Shown here: one piece after another, positions 15,417 to 25,330 of the stretch
Position numbering within the stretch: position 1 is the stretch's first letter
How the letters are laid out: every line of letters starts with the position of its first letter
Assembly: GCA_964605735.1 (NCBI GenBank)
Contig: CAZSDS010000001.1
Location: 406,559-470,558, forward strand
DNA: 64,000 nt
From: an uncultured Candidatus Saccharibacteria bacterium
GTDB taxonomy: Bacteria > Patescibacteriota > Doudnabacteria > UBA920 > O2-02-FULL-48-8
Direction: 5' to 3'
Position numbers and translations under genes: made by a program
The notes under the pieces: model-generated
Seen by the model: only the letters and a program-made list of their open reading frames with translations
What the model was told of the DNA's origin: nothing
Database searches by the model: none

Positions 15417-17195
15417 TTATTTCCCGAAAACGGGGACAGCTGGCTGAGTTTCTCTGACAGCTATCTGCTGGCGCCAAAGCGCAGCATACAAGCCGCCTTT
15501 TTCCAGCAGGGTACTGTGCCTGCCCTGTTCCACTATTTTTCCTTTTTCCAAAACGTAAATGGTTGAGGCATGTGCCACTGTGGACAAACGGTGCGCCACA
15601 GTCACGCTGATCATGTTCGGATATTCTTTTTCAATGTTGCGGATAGTCTGAGTGATCTGCTCCTCAGTTAATGAATCCAAACTGCTGGTGACTTCGTCAA
15701 AAATAACTAACTCTGGCTTACGCAATAATGCCCTGGCAATAGCCAGCCTTTGCTTTTCCCCGCCGGACAATTTCAAGCCGCCTTCGCCAATCCTGGTTTC
15801 CAGTCCCTTCCCGCCGCGCTCCACCAAAGACAAGGCCTGCGCCGCACGCAACGCCGCCAGACATTCTGCATCGCTCGCCTTTGGGTTGGCAAAAATCAGG
15901 TTCTCGCGGATTGTCCCGGCAAACAACTGCGTTTCCTGGGACACCAGCCCAATCTTGCTTCTAACCTTTTCAAAATCCAAATCTTTTGCATTCTTGCCGT
16001 TGAACAAAATGTCGCCGCTGACTGGCTTATACAAACCCACGAGCAATTTGATAATGGTTGTTTTCCCTGAGCCGGACGGCCCCACGAAAGCCACATTGCT
16101 TCCCGCCTCCACTTTAAAACTTAAATCAATGGCCGCCGGCCTGTCCGGGGAAGAGGGGTAGGCAAAACTGACGTTCCTGAATTCGATTGACCTGATGTTC
16201 TCAACCGCCACCGGATTAGCCGGCTTCTTTTCAGGTTCAGTCCTGAAAATCTCATCCAGCCGTTCCATGCTGGCTTTGGTCTCCTGATAAGCAGTGGCAA
16301 AATTTCCAAACTCGCCAAGCGGCTGGAAAATCGCAAAAGAATAAAACAGAAGAATGAAAAATTCACCCAAGGTAATTGTCTGGGTAAACGCCAGCCACAG
16401 CAAAAGAAAAGTCAAAGCCGTTCTGATGGCGTTGATCAAAGTCCCTTGAATGAAACTTAAGGTCCTAACCAGTCTGATTTTCTTCAACTCCAGCTGGAGA
16501 ATCTGCTCGTTAACCACGTTAAGCCGGTTTATTTCCTGCTGTTCCAAACCAAGGCTTTTCACCAATTCAACGTTTCTGATGGTTTCAGTAGTGGAGCCGG
16601 CCAGGGCCGCAGTCTCATTTATGACTTTCTGCTGGGCGTCTTTTATTCTTCTGCTAATGAAAAAGATCGAAGTGCCCAAGACCGGGATGACCATGAAATA
16701 AGCCAAACCAATTGACCAATGCACGTAAAAAGAATAGATAAGGACGAACAAAATGCCAATCAACGCCAGGAAAATGCTGTTGATGCCGGTTTGGATCAAA
16801 GTCTGTGAGTCTGTCCGGGCTTTCTGCAGTTTCTGCAAAAACTCGCCTGAACGCTGGTCTTCGAATATCGAATACGGCAGGGAGAAGGAGTGGGCAACGC
16901 TGGTTGCGTACATTTTGGTGCCCACGCGCTGGACAATGACGTTCACGTAATAATCCTGGAAGTTTTTGGCCACGCGGGAAACAAAAACAACTCCCACAGA
17001 AAGAAGCAGAAGCAAACCCACGCCCCGGACAAATTCGCTCGCCGGGATACTGCCAAAACTGGTGGTGTACCGGTCAACCACCAGGCGGAAAATTTGCGTG
17101 TCTAACAGAGAAAAAACCTGGTTTATAGTGGCCAGGATAAGTGCTCCGAACAGTATCTTTTTATACTCGCGAACGTAATTCCAAAGTAGTTTCAT
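15417..17195 (-). CDS. ABC transporter permease/ATP-binding fusion protein (MsbA-like exporter)
   Basis: Six N-terminal TM helices. Walker A GPSGSGKTT, signature LSGGEKQR, Walker B IFDEVTS. Confidence 0.85.
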   Translation of the reverse strand: MKLLWNYVREYKKILFGALILATINQVFSLLDTQIFRLVVDRYTTSFGSIPASEFVRGVGLLLLLSVGVVFVSRVAKNFQDYYVNVIVQRVGTKMYATSVAHSFSLPYSIFEDQRSGEFLQKLQKARTDSQTLIQTGINSIFLALIGILFVLIYSFYVHWSIGLAYFMVIPVLGTSIFFISRRIKDAQQKVINETAALAGSTTETIRNVELVKSLGLEQQEINRLNVVNEQILQLELKKIRLVRTLSFIQGTLINAIRTALTFLLLWLAFTQTITLGEFFILLFYSFAIFQPLGEFGNFATAYQETKASMERLDEIFRTEPEKKPANPVAVENIRSIEFRNVSFAYPSSPDRPAAIDLSFKVEAGSNVAFVGPSGSGKTTIIKLLVGLYKPVSGDILFNGKNAKDLDFEKVRSKIGLVSQETQLFAGTIRENLIFANPKASDAECLAALRAAQALSLVERGGKGLETRIGEGGLKLSGGEKQRLAIARALLRKPELVIFDEVTSSLDSLTEEQITQTIRNIEKEYPNMISVTVAHRLSTVAHASTIYVLEKGKIVEQGRHSTLLEKGGLYAALWRQQIAVRETQPAVPVFGK

Positions 17196-17265
17196 AAATT
17201 AGTCTGTACGTATTGTGCAGGAAGAAAGGAATAAATGTCAAACAAAAAGCCTGTAAGCGTGAGCT

Positions 17266-17838
17266 TCAGGCTTTGGGAGCGTGTTTCCACATCAGATAAA
17301 CAAAATCATTTTTGATGGGAGAATCCCAGTGACGGGCTGTATCTAGGACCCAGCGGTTACGTTTAGTTGTCAGGGTAGGGTACACCTGTTTATCACCGCA
17401 ATCCAGAAGAGAACCAAGTGCAATGATAGTCAGGCCCTTAACCTGGCTGGGTTTGATCAGGGTAGTAAGCTGGAGGAGTTTGTGCAGGTCGGCGGCAACA
17501 AAATGCGACTGGTAGAACTCGTAGCTTATGGTGCTTGCCGGGTTCGGCAATTCATACCGGAACAGCTTCAGGACCAGATGGGGCGGAACAAATTCCAGGC
17601 TCTGCCGCATTTCCCGAAAAAGCGGGAGCCTTGAGGTAATTTTCAGCTGGTGGGCCAGCCGGTGGTAGTCAGCCGGGCGTTTCATGCTGAGAGTCAGCGT
17701 CCCGCCTAATTCGGCAAGCTGAAGCTCGGAGATCCAGCTGTGCATGGTCCGAGCGACCAAAGGCATGCGTTCGCATTCCGGTCGCTTGTTCATCATGATC
17801 ATTAATGATTCCTCCCCAGGATTTTGATTTTGTATCAC
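17266..17838 (-). CDS. hypothetical protein (GC-rich, ~52% GC)
   Basis: 190-aa ORF with no recognisable motif. Codon usage differs from neighbours. Confidence 0.4.
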   Translation of the reverse strand: MIQNQNPGEESLMIMMNKRPECERMPLVARTMHSWISELQLAELGGTLTLSMKRPADYHRLAHQLKITSRLPLFREMRQSLEFVPPHLVLKLFRYELPNPASTISYEFYQSHFVAADLHKLLQLTTLIKPSQVKGLTIIALGSLLDCGDKQVYPTLTTKRNRWVLDTARHWDSPIKNDFVYLMWKHAPKA

Positions 17839-17899
17839 TGCAAACGAAAAAGAGAAGCACCATTAAATTATATATGCTTCTCGATTTCCCTGTAAAGCG

Positions 17900-18520
17900 T
17901 TAAAACCCCAGCGGTTGTTTTACGAAGATAAATCTGATCTTCCTGCCCAGAAACGCCGGATCTGCGTACATGATCAGGAGCTTGGAGAGGTTAGTGCCTG
18001 GTGCGCCAGTCGCTTTCATGCGCTTATCTTCCAGTCCAACCACGTAATTGCGCAGGCGGTCCAGGGCCTCATCCATGTTTTTTACAATTTTATGGGTTCC
18101 TACCACAAAGATCAGGTTCTGCGAGCCATACGCCACGCTCGGGATCTGACTGCCGGAGTTGGACCCAATAACGATTTCGCCGGCCTCGGTTAAGGCATGG
18201 ACACTGCCCAGGTAATATTCGGAGGACATGCTTTGCTTGCGGAGAAGCGACTGCTTTGCAGGATCTTTTTCAGCAACAATTCCTGCTTTCAGGTTTTTCC
18301 ATCCATGCTCGCCGGATCTAAGGTATTCCACGTATCCGATTTGCTCCAATGTGGTTGACGCGCCATTGGTAACGGACGCCCCAGATGGTATAAATTCCTT
18401 GATTTTAGCCAAAGCCTGTTCTGAGTTATCCACAGCCACGGATTCATAACCGTGATCAGAAAGGGACTTGATAGTTGCATTCAGCGTATCCTCAGAAGCC
18501 AAAGATGTGTATTTTTCCAT
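17900..18520 (-). CDS. LUD domain (LutC/YkgG-like) protein
   Basis: 206-aa ORF with a pattern similar to the lactate-utilisation LUD domain (VTNGASTTLEQIGY ... IFVVGTHKIV). Confidence 0.5.
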   Translation of the reverse strand: MEKYTSLASEDTLNATIKSLSDHGYESVAVDNSEQALAKIKEFIPSGASVTNGASTTLEQIGYVEYLRSGEHGWKNLKAGIVAEKDPAKQSLLRKQSMSSEYYLGSVHALTEAGEIVIGSNSGSQIPSVAYGSQNLIFVVGTHKIVKNMDEALDRLRNYVVGLEDKRMKATGAPGTNLSKLLIMYADPAFLGRKIRFIFVKQPLGF

Positions 18521-18574
18521 TCGTTCTCCTTTTTTTAATTAATAGTTAACAAGTTAACTGTTATGCCAAAAAAT

Positions 18575-19072
18575 TTAGCGCCTATCCCGCTTGCCTGTTT
18601 TGCCGCAAATCTTGTCCGCACCCTTGGAATGGATCTCCAACAGCAGTTTGTCAAAACACCTTGATAAAACCTGTTGTTCTTCACGGGTCCAAATTCTAAA
18701 CAATTTGCCGAAGCGTTCATCTATAGCATCCAATCCCTGACGGAATTTCTTCATGCCCGGCTTGGTCAGGCTTAAAACGTATTCGCGCTTACTGTCCGGG
18801 TTCCTGGTCCTTGAGACGAGTCCCAGGTTGACCAGGATGTCCACCTGGCGGCTAACAGCGGCCTGGGTCTGGTCCAGCGCCCTGGCCACAAACTTTTGCG
18901 GCGCCTTTGGCTGACCGGCCAATGTCAGCAAAACCAAAAATTGCGAAAAGCCAAATCCCAAACGGTCCTGCAAAATCTGTTCTGACATTTTATCCAACAA
19001 AAAAACCGCCTTATGTATCCTGTACGTTAGTTCCTTGCTCTTGTCTGTTGTCTGATTTGTAACCGCAGGCAT
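18575..19072 (-). CDS. MarR family transcriptional regulator
   Basis: Winged-HTH region LVLLTLAGQPKAPQKFVARALDQTQAAVSRQVDILVNLGLV. Confidence 0.75.
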   Translation of the reverse strand: MPAVTNQTTDKSKELTYRIHKAVFLLDKMSEQILQDRLGFGFSQFLVLLTLAGQPKAPQKFVARALDQTQAAVSRQVDILVNLGLVSRTRNPDSKREYVLSLTKPGMKKFRQGLDAIDERFGKLFRIWTREEQQVLSRCFDKLLLEIHSKGADKICGKTGKRDRR

Positions 19073-19126
19073 AAATTGTTGAATTTATAATAGTTTACAA
19101 GTTAACTATTTACCTGTCAAGAAAAT

Positions 19127-19660
19127 TTATGCCTGGCCAGACGTATGGACACGGTTTTTCATCCAAAACAGTGTGCCTAAAACTATAATGCCGCCCAACA
19201 ACGCAAATTTCAGCATCTGCTCAGCGCCCACACTCCCCTTCACTGGCACCGTAAAGGTAACCTCAGCCAACGCATCCCCATCCTTGTCAAATCTTGCGCT
19301 CATCTCATATTCTCCGCCGGCGGGAAAACTGTAACTCATCACCGTCAAAACATCCGTCCCGGGGCTGTGCACTGCTCCGGCATAGACTACCCCGCTTTTC
19401 TGGTCAGCCACAGTGACATAAACGCTGTCGAACTCCGCCAAGTTATTCACGTCTGATTTTGGGTATAAGTTGAATTCAAACAAAGTCAGTTCATTTGGCT
19501 CAATTTCCATCCGGTTCGCGCCAATGTCAACAAAGTATTCGCCGACTGGCGCTTCATAAGTAAAACCGGTTGAATGAGCCTGAGCCAAAACAGGCGCCAG
19601 GCTCACACAAACCACAGCTGATATTGAAAGTAAAATTTTATCTGTCATTCTCATCATTAT
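19127..19660 (-). CDS. secreted protein with signal peptide and C-terminal TM anchor (hypothetical)
   Basis: Probable start MMRMTDKILLSISAVVCVSLAPVLAQA (signal peptide). C-terminal hydrophobic segment. Listed ORF start at 19702 would overlap DoxX. Confidence 0.45.
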   Translation of the reverse strand: MMMRMTDKILLSISAVVCVSLAPVLAQAHSTGFTYEAPVGEYFVDIGANRMEIEPNELTLFEFNLYPKSDVNNLAEFDSVYVTVADQKSGVVYAGAVHSPGTDVLTVMSYSFPAGGEYEMSARFDKDGDALAEVTFTVPVKGSVGAEQMLKFALLGGIIVLGTLFWMKNRVHTSGQA

Positions 19661-20112
19661 TTCAGCAACCAAGTTAAGCGCGGGAAGGTTCTTGTGGCCC
19701 AATTGCCAAAGCCGTACGCACTGCCTGTATTCTCCACAGAAAGCAAAATCAAGACTATCGCATAAATTATATGTTCATCAACAATGTAGGAGTTTTGCCC
19801 CACGTGCGGAAAAGTCAAAGCCGGGAAATAGTACATCATCATCAGAATTGCGCCGAGCCAGCCGCTTAAACGCACGCCTATCCCCAAAATCAACGAAATA
19901 CCAAGCAAGGTCAGCCCCCACTGATTGATAAAATCAGTGAACGGAAGGATGTTTGGATCAAGCAGGGCTTGGAAAAAGCCACTGAATGTTTTGGCGCTCC
20001 TTAAGTATCCGGCAGAGGTCCAATCCGGATTCATAACTTTGGTTATGCCCGCGTAAAACAACAACCAGCCCATTGCAACCCTCAAAACCGCAAACCATAT
20101 TTTTGATTTCAT
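19657..20112 (-). CDS. DoxX family membrane protein
   Basis: Four predicted TM helices with a DoxX-like pattern (WLLFYAGITK...GWLGAILMMMYYFP). Confidence 0.6.
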   Translation of the reverse strand: MKSKIWFAVLRVAMGWLLFYAGITKVMNPDWTSAGYLRSAKTFSGFFQALLDPNILPFTDFINQWGLTLLGISLILGIGVRLSGWLGAILMMMYYFPALTFPHVGQNSYIVDEHIIYAIVLILLSVENTGSAYGFGNWATRTFPRLTWLLK

Positions 20113-20123
20113 TTTGTTTAAAT

Positions 20124-20621
20124 TTATTTAACTAAATTGTTGTTGGTTTCAATATTTTCGTTTGTTTCAATTTTCTGCCGTTGCCTGAGCCAGTTTGCCA
20201 GGACTGAGACTGCTATTATTGTAGTCAATCCGGCGGAGATCATGCAATATTGGCAAATTGCATTAATGACGGCGAACTGCAAGTAAACCAGGTATGCGCT
20301 TGTGGCCAGCCCCGCCAAAGCTATTCCCCGAATCAGCGCAAGCAACCTTCTGTCCCCGAAAATCTGATGGTAATAAACCAGAAGGAATAGCGTGGCGTAG
20401 TACAGCGCACCGAACAAGGCCAGTGGTACGCCATAAATTGTGGCGTATTCGCTGGTTAAGACCTGCTCACAGCCATGAGTAATGGAACACTCCACAGATC
20501 CGCCTGTGTAGTGGCTGACTGTCAGGTATGTGGCATCTGCCAGGCCCAATAAGGCAATAGCCAGCAGAAAGTAATAGAATTTATTGCTGAATCTGCTGGA
20601 GGAAACTGACGATTTGTTCAT
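20124..20621 (-). CDS. vitamin K epoxide reductase (VKOR) family protein
   Basis: Multi-TM protein with Cys pair in loop (CSITHGC) and CQYC active-site motif. Confidence 0.65.
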   Translation of the reverse strand: MNKSSVSSSRFSNKFYYFLLAIALLGLADATYLTVSHYTGGSVECSITHGCEQVLTSEYATIYGVPLALFGALYYATLFLLVYYHQIFGDRRLLALIRGIALAGLATSAYLVYLQFAVINAICQYCMISAGLTTIIAVSVLANWLRQRQKIETNENIETNNNLVK

Positions 20622-21213
20622 AGTTGGCTGGGAGAGAGACCTTTTGGCCGTTAACTACAAAAGTCGGGGTGGAATTGAATCCTGAAGCCACCGCCGTGCG
20701 GTAATCGGAATCGACCTTTAAGTGCACTTGATTTGAATCAACGTCGGCGACAAACCTGTTTTGGTCCATTTCCAATGCGTTTGCATACTCAACAAACTTC
20801 GGCATAGGGTCAATCATGCTGGCCCATTCAGTTTGTTTGTCGAAAAGCATGGCTTTGTATTCCCAGAACTTGCCCTGCAAGTCTGCAGCCTCTGCAGCCT
20901 GCGCGGCTTTGGTTGCGTTCGGGTGAATTTGTTTCAGCGGCAAATGCCTGTAAGAGAAATTGATCCAGTCAGAATTTTCTTCCATTAATTTCCTGATCAT
21001 TGGGTCATATGAGGCGCAAGCCGGGCACTGAAAATCCCCATATTCAATCAGCTCAACACTGGCCTGCGGATTGCCGAGCTGTCGTTCCCCTTCCTGGATG
21101 GTCGAGTCAAGGATTTCACCCTGAGGTTTTTCCTGTTTGCTGAGGAAAACCCCGCCAACTACGGCGCCAGCCACAACCAGCAAAATAATGATAGGGAGTA
21201 AAAATTTGTTCAT
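20581..21213 (-). CDS. DsbA-like thioredoxin-fold oxidoreductase (secreted)
   Basis: N-terminal TM/signal. CPAC active site in a YGDFQCPACASY context. Partner of VKOR. Confidence 0.75.
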   Translation of the reverse strand: MNKFLLPIIILLVVAGAVVGGVFLSKQEKPQGEILDSTIQEGERQLGNPQASVELIEYGDFQCPACASYDPMIRKLMEENSDWINFSYRHLPLKQIHPNATKAAQAAEAADLQGKFWEYKAMLFDKQTEWASMIDPMPKFVEYANALEMDQNRFVADVDSNQVHLKVDSDYRTAVASGFNSTPTFVVNGQKVSLPANYEQIVSFLQQIQQ

Positions 21214-21301
21214 ATATGTTCAGTCTAATTATAAGTTACGAATAAAAAACGCCCAAACTTTTCTGGATCGCCAAAATGCAATATAAAATGCCTTATATTG
21301 T

Positions 21302-21700
21302 TCAGCGAAGCAGGTTTGCGCGGATTGGATGTTGTTGACGCAAAGCCAGCCAGGAATCCAGTTTCAGCCGGCTGGCGGAATCAGCGGCGTTAAGATTGCC
21401 TATTGATATTTGGGCAAAGAAAAAATTCTGTGCGGATGCATAGGACAAGCTTATTACCAAGGCCAGACCAGCGGACAGCGCAATAACCAGCGCCAGGATC
21501 GCGGTTGAAAAACCCTGGAACATGTCAGCATGCAAAATGTCCATGCCCAGGTTATGGTAACTGCCGTCGCACGGCATGCCGCCTGGAATGGTTGCGTTTA
21601 TGCATTGTGAAAACAGACTGTTGTGGTCAGTAAGCCCCATAAACCCAAACACGGCAATTGCCAGGAAGCTTGTTAAAATGTATGCGTAAAATAATTTCAT
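21302..21700 (-). CDS. membrane protein (hypothetical)
   Basis: 132-aa ORF with three hydrophobic helices. Confidence 0.4.
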   Translation of the reverse strand: MKLFYAYILTSFLAIAVFGFMGLTDHNSLFSQCINATIPGGMPCDGSYHNLGMDILHADMFQGFSTAILALVIALSAGLALVISLSYASAQNFFFAQISIGNLNAADSASRLKLDSWLALRQQHPIRANLLR

Positions 21701-21748
21701 GCGCCTTAAGTATGGGAACTATTAACCCAAAAGTCAAGATTGGAAAGG

Positions 21749-22567
21749 TCAGCTTAATCTCTGTCTGCTAATTTCGTACAGAACTATGGATGTGGCATTT
21801 GAGACGTTTAGCGAAGAAGCTGAACCATGCATGGGAATTTTAACCATGACGTCGCATAGCTCCTTATACGCCGCACTCAATCCCCATGTTTCATTACCGA
21901 CCAGTAAAATTGTGGGCTTTGTAAAATCACACTCTTGAATGAGCATGCTCCCCTTTTCATCTGTGGCTGCGATTTGCAGGTCTTTGTATTGCTTTCTCAA
22001 TTGCTTGATCCAGGGGAGAAGTTCTTTATGCGAGGGCAATCGGACAGTCGGCAAAGAAAACAGTGAGCCGGTTGTGGCGCTGAGAGTTTCCGGATCATAG
22101 ATGTCCACGGCGTGCCCCGTGACCACCAAACCATTCGCTCCCAATGCATCGCATGACCTGATCAGTGTACCTAAATTCCCCGGACTTGCCGGCCGGTCAA
22201 AAACCACTGTCAGAAAATTTTTGCCGGTTTTGATGCGTGACAAATCATCTTTTGCTATTGCTACGGTTGCGACCAGCTCTGAAGTTTCCTCTTTACCGCT
22301 TAATTTCTCCATCAAATTCAACGGCAACTCATAATGATGCTTGGCTTTGGAATTCTGTAAAATATCCTGCGCCCAGCTGGACAAATTCTTTTCCGGAGAA
22401 TAAATAAATGAATTGATTTGCCACCCGAAACTGATTGCATTGTTGATGTTGCGAACCCCTTCAACAAAAAACTCGCGAAGCTTGTTGCGTTTTTCACGGT
22501 TTCTTTTCAGAGTTTCGATATTCTGAAAAACATCATTTTCAGAATAAATTTTTACTGTTTTTGACAT
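21749..22567 (-). CDS. SpoU/TrmH family RNA 2'-O-methyltransferase
   Basis: SPOUT motifs PGNLGTLIRSCDALGANGLVV and ESLNVSNATSIVLYE. Confidence 0.8.
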   Translation of the reverse strand: MSKTVKIYSENDVFQNIETLKRNREKRNKLREFFVEGVRNINNAISFGWQINSFIYSPEKNLSSWAQDILQNSKAKHHYELPLNLMEKLSGKEETSELVATVAIAKDDLSRIKTGKNFLTVVFDRPASPGNLGTLIRSCDALGANGLVVTGHAVDIYDPETLSATTGSLFSLPTVRLPSHKELLPWIKQLRKQYKDLQIAATDEKGSMLIQECDFTKPTILLVGNETWGLSAAYKELCDVMVKIPMHGSASSLNVSNATSIVLYEISRQRLS

Positions 22568-23013
22568 TAATTTTTAGAAGCTAATTCTTCTCTGATTTCC
22601 ATCCACATCTTACCCATGTGATTTAATCCTTTGCCATTTTCACCATCATCCCAAAATCCATCACCTGGTGGGTATGTAAATATATGTTTAACTATTACCT
22701 TATCGCCGGATTCCAAGAGCGCTTTCTTAACATCATCATGCTGTTGAGCTTTCAATCGCATCAGCATTTTCATTACCTCTAATTTCCTTTCACGAAAATC
22801 CGGCAATTGCAAATGCTTGTATTTGGATGAAGTCTCCCAAGCCCGGACCGGGCTAGGTGCTGATAAAATCTCTTCAATTATTTTATCATCCTCATACCTT
22901 AAACACTGGTATGCGTGTTCAACAGTAGGATAGACTGTTCCATTCAGCTCAATTGCATGGGCAGTATAAGGAGAGAAATATGTATAAAATTCAACGTCGC
23001 TCAATCTGTTCAT
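22567..23013 (-). CDS. NADAR (YbiA-like, DUF1768) domain protein
   Basis: FYTYFSPYTAHAIELNGTVYPTVEHAYQ ... PGDGFWDDGENGKGLN, typical of NADAR. Start taken at MNRLSDV. Listed ORF extends to 23238. Confidence 0.65.
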   Translation of the reverse strand: MNRLSDVEFYTYFSPYTAHAIELNGTVYPTVEHAYQCLRYEDDKIIEEILSAPSPVRAWETSSKYKHLQLPDFRERKLEVMKMLMRLKAQQHDDVKKALLESGDKVIVKHIFTYPPGDGFWDDGENGKGLNHMGKMWMEIREELASKN

Positions 23014-23065
23014 GCAATAAATATACCAAAAACCATTAGCATTAGCTATACAGGTTTGGTAAGAT

Positions 23066-23944
23066 ATGAGCATGAACATAGCTATTGTCACCGGCGGTGA
23101 AACCGGTGAACGGGAAATCTCCCTAAGATCAGCCCAAAACGTCGCAAAGAACATCGGCTTTGGGCGGTGCGAGTTGTTCGTTTTTCCTGAGGACCAGAAA
23201 ACCTTTTTGGACCGATGGAGCGAATTCGATGTAGCCATCCCAGTAATTCACGGTCTAGGCGGCGAAGACGGGCAACTGCAGACACTGTTTGAGTCACTGT
23301 CCTTGCCGTATATTTTTTCCGGCATTCAAGCACACGCAACCGGCATAGATAAAATCGCCACAAGAAAAATCGCGCGTGCTGCCGGCCTTGTTGTAGCCAA
23401 ACAGTTTTTTGAAAACCATCCATCTTTCCCTCTCTTTGCAAAACCAAGATTTGGCGGGTCCTCACTAGCCACGAAAATCTGCAACACACCAGAAGAGCTG
23501 AAGGATCTGGAGGAAGAAAATCCAGGCACTGAATTTATTTTGGAAGAACCTTTAAAGGGGCGGGAATTTACAGTCGGCGTAATCAATGAAAAAAACTCCA
23601 TTAGAGCTTTGCCGGTTATTGAAATAATTCCTAAATCAAAATTCTTTGACTTTGAGAGCAAATACGACCCAAAAAACCTGGCTCAAGAAATCTGTCCGGC
23701 GGACATCAGTCCTGAACTTACCGAACAACTGCAGGACTCAGCCATAAAAGCTCACATCAAAATCAATGCGCACCATATTTCCAGATCAGATTTCATTTAT
23801 GCCAATGACAAAATATATTTCCTTGAAATAAACACAATCCCCGGCCTGACGGATACTTCTCTGGTCCCGAAAATGCTCAAAGCAGAAAACTTGGAACTTA
23901 AGGATCTGCTGCGGACCTGGTGCGAAGAGGTGGTAAAAAAATAA
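23066..23944 (+). CDS. ddl: D-alanine--D-alanine ligase
   Basis: ATP-grasp, N-terminal IAIVTGGETGEREISLRSA, C-terminal EINTIPGLT. Confidence 0.85.
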   Translation: MSMNIAIVTGGETGEREISLRSAQNVAKNIGFGRCELFVFPEDQKTFLDRWSEFDVAIPVIHGLGGEDGQLQTLFESLSLPYIFSGIQAHATGIDKIATRKIARAAGLVVAKQFFENHPSFPLFAKPRFGGSSLATKICNTPEELKDLEEENPGTEFILEEPLKGREFTVGVINEKNSIRALPVIEIIPKSKFFDFESKYDPKNLAQEICPADISPELTEQLQDSAIKAHIKINAHHISRSDFIYANDKIYFLEINTIPGLTDTSLVPKMLKAENLELKDLLRTWCEEVVKK

Positions 23945-23989
23945 AAAGGACTTCTTTTCAGAAATCCAAATACAAATGTAGTTACGGGA

Positions 23990-24271
23990 TCAGTTGCTCG
24001 CAAGACGGAAAGTGATTTTTCCACCAGCTCTGGCTGGAAGGTCTCCATGAACCTCGCTGTCATTCAAGCTTAGTGGATGGAACCAGAAGCCATTTCCTTT
24101 GGCAAGACAAACCCGGTAAACTGCCATGTCATCCTGGTACTTCACGTCTTGACATACACCGTGAAGGTTTCCGATAGCCGAGTACGAGTGGGCTATCTCT
24201 ATACTCTTACCCACAAGCAGCGCGCGCATTTTCGGAAGGAGCTCTTCTACGGGCATCTCACTTACATTCAT
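23990..24271 (-). CDS. small hypothetical protein
   Basis: 93-aa ORF with a strong SD (AAGGAGGG) 6 nt upstream of the ATG. Downstream of the protease gene on the same strand. Confidence 0.5.
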   Translation of the reverse strand: MNVSEMPVEELLPKMRALLVGKSIEIAHSYSAIGNLHGVCQDVKYQDDMAVYRVCLAKGNGFWFHPLSLNDSEVHGDLPARAGGKITFRLASN

Positions 24272-24336
24272 CCATCCCTCCTTATCAATAAAATAAAAGT
24301 AGCACTGTTGGTGCTACTCGTCAATGCTTGCGTTAT

Positions 24337-25197
24337 TTAGATTCCCGCTTTTTCTAAAACCTGCTTAGCGGCGTTTATTGGGATGGCAAAACTCACCTCT
24401 TCTCCAATAGCACTGGCCACGTTCACACCAATAGCCTGCCCTCTTTCATCAAGCAACGGTCCTCCGGAATCGCCAGGATACAGGCGTGCGCTTGTCTGGA
24501 TCAAACCGCGCATCCGCTCAATCCCGCCGGTTCGGTCTAAAACAAGCGCGCTCCTGTCCAACCCGGAAACCTCACCACTGCTGATTGAATCATTTAATTC
24601 TCCGTAAGCATTGCCGATTCCGGTAACACTCTGTCCCATCTTTACGCCCGAAGAATCAGCTAAAGTTATGGTAGGATAGTTTCCGCCAGCAAGCCCGCTT
24701 GCCGGAGTTATTTTAACAACAGCCAGGTCGTAATCAGAATCGCGGTAAACGACTTCAACCGGCACCTCGCCATCAGCCAAATCCACCGTGTAGTTGGCGC
24801 TTGTGTTTGACACCACGTGCTTGTTGGTCAATAAATACCCGTCTTGCGAAATGAAGAACCCTGTACCTGACCCCACTTGCACCGTGGTGGTGAAATTCTG
24901 CAGGAATCTTAACCTCGCATTGTTTTGGTTTCTGTAAATCGGCACTTCTTCATAGACATAAATGGGAACCACCGCCTCAGCCGCCTGGCTAAGCGAAGTC
25001 GTTTCGCCAGCTGATTCAGAAGCTTGGGTTTGGTTTATTTTTTCCCGGATAAACGCGTTGAGGGAATAAATAGAATTCTCCAGGCCAATTGACCTGTTAA
25101 TGTTCAGCACTCCAATCCCCAGCAGAATGAGCGCGGCTATATTCAAAGCGGCGAATAATTTCCTCATAAAAATCCTCCGTACAAAGAATATTCCCAT
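24337..25197 (-). CDS. trypsin-like serine protease (S1C/HtrA-like, no PDZ), membrane-anchored
   Basis: N-terminal TM helix. Catalytic GDSGGPLL motif. His and Asp in TNKHVV and DLAVVKI contexts. Confidence 0.8.
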   Translation of the reverse strand: MGIFFVRRIFMRKLFAALNIAALILLGIGVLNINRSIGLENSIYSLNAFIREKINQTQASESAGETTSLSQAAEAVVPIYVYEEVPIYRNQNNARLRFLQNFTTTVQVGSGTGFFISQDGYLLTNKHVVSNTSANYTVDLADGEVPVEVVYRDSDYDLAVVKITPASGLAGGNYPTITLADSSGVKMGQSVTGIGNAYGELNDSISSGEVSGLDRSALVLDRTGGIERMRGLIQTSARLYPGDSGGPLLDERGQAIGVNVASAIGEEVSFAIPINAAKQVLEKAGI

Positions 25198-25330
25198 TTA
25201 AATCAGTCACAGTAAATGTGCCATATAAACCAAAGCTAACCAATAAAAAATCACGACCGCGTTGTGCAAATCGTGATGCAGTGATGCGAGTATAACAAAA
25301 AGCACTGTTATTAGCCAGTGCTTTGTTTGT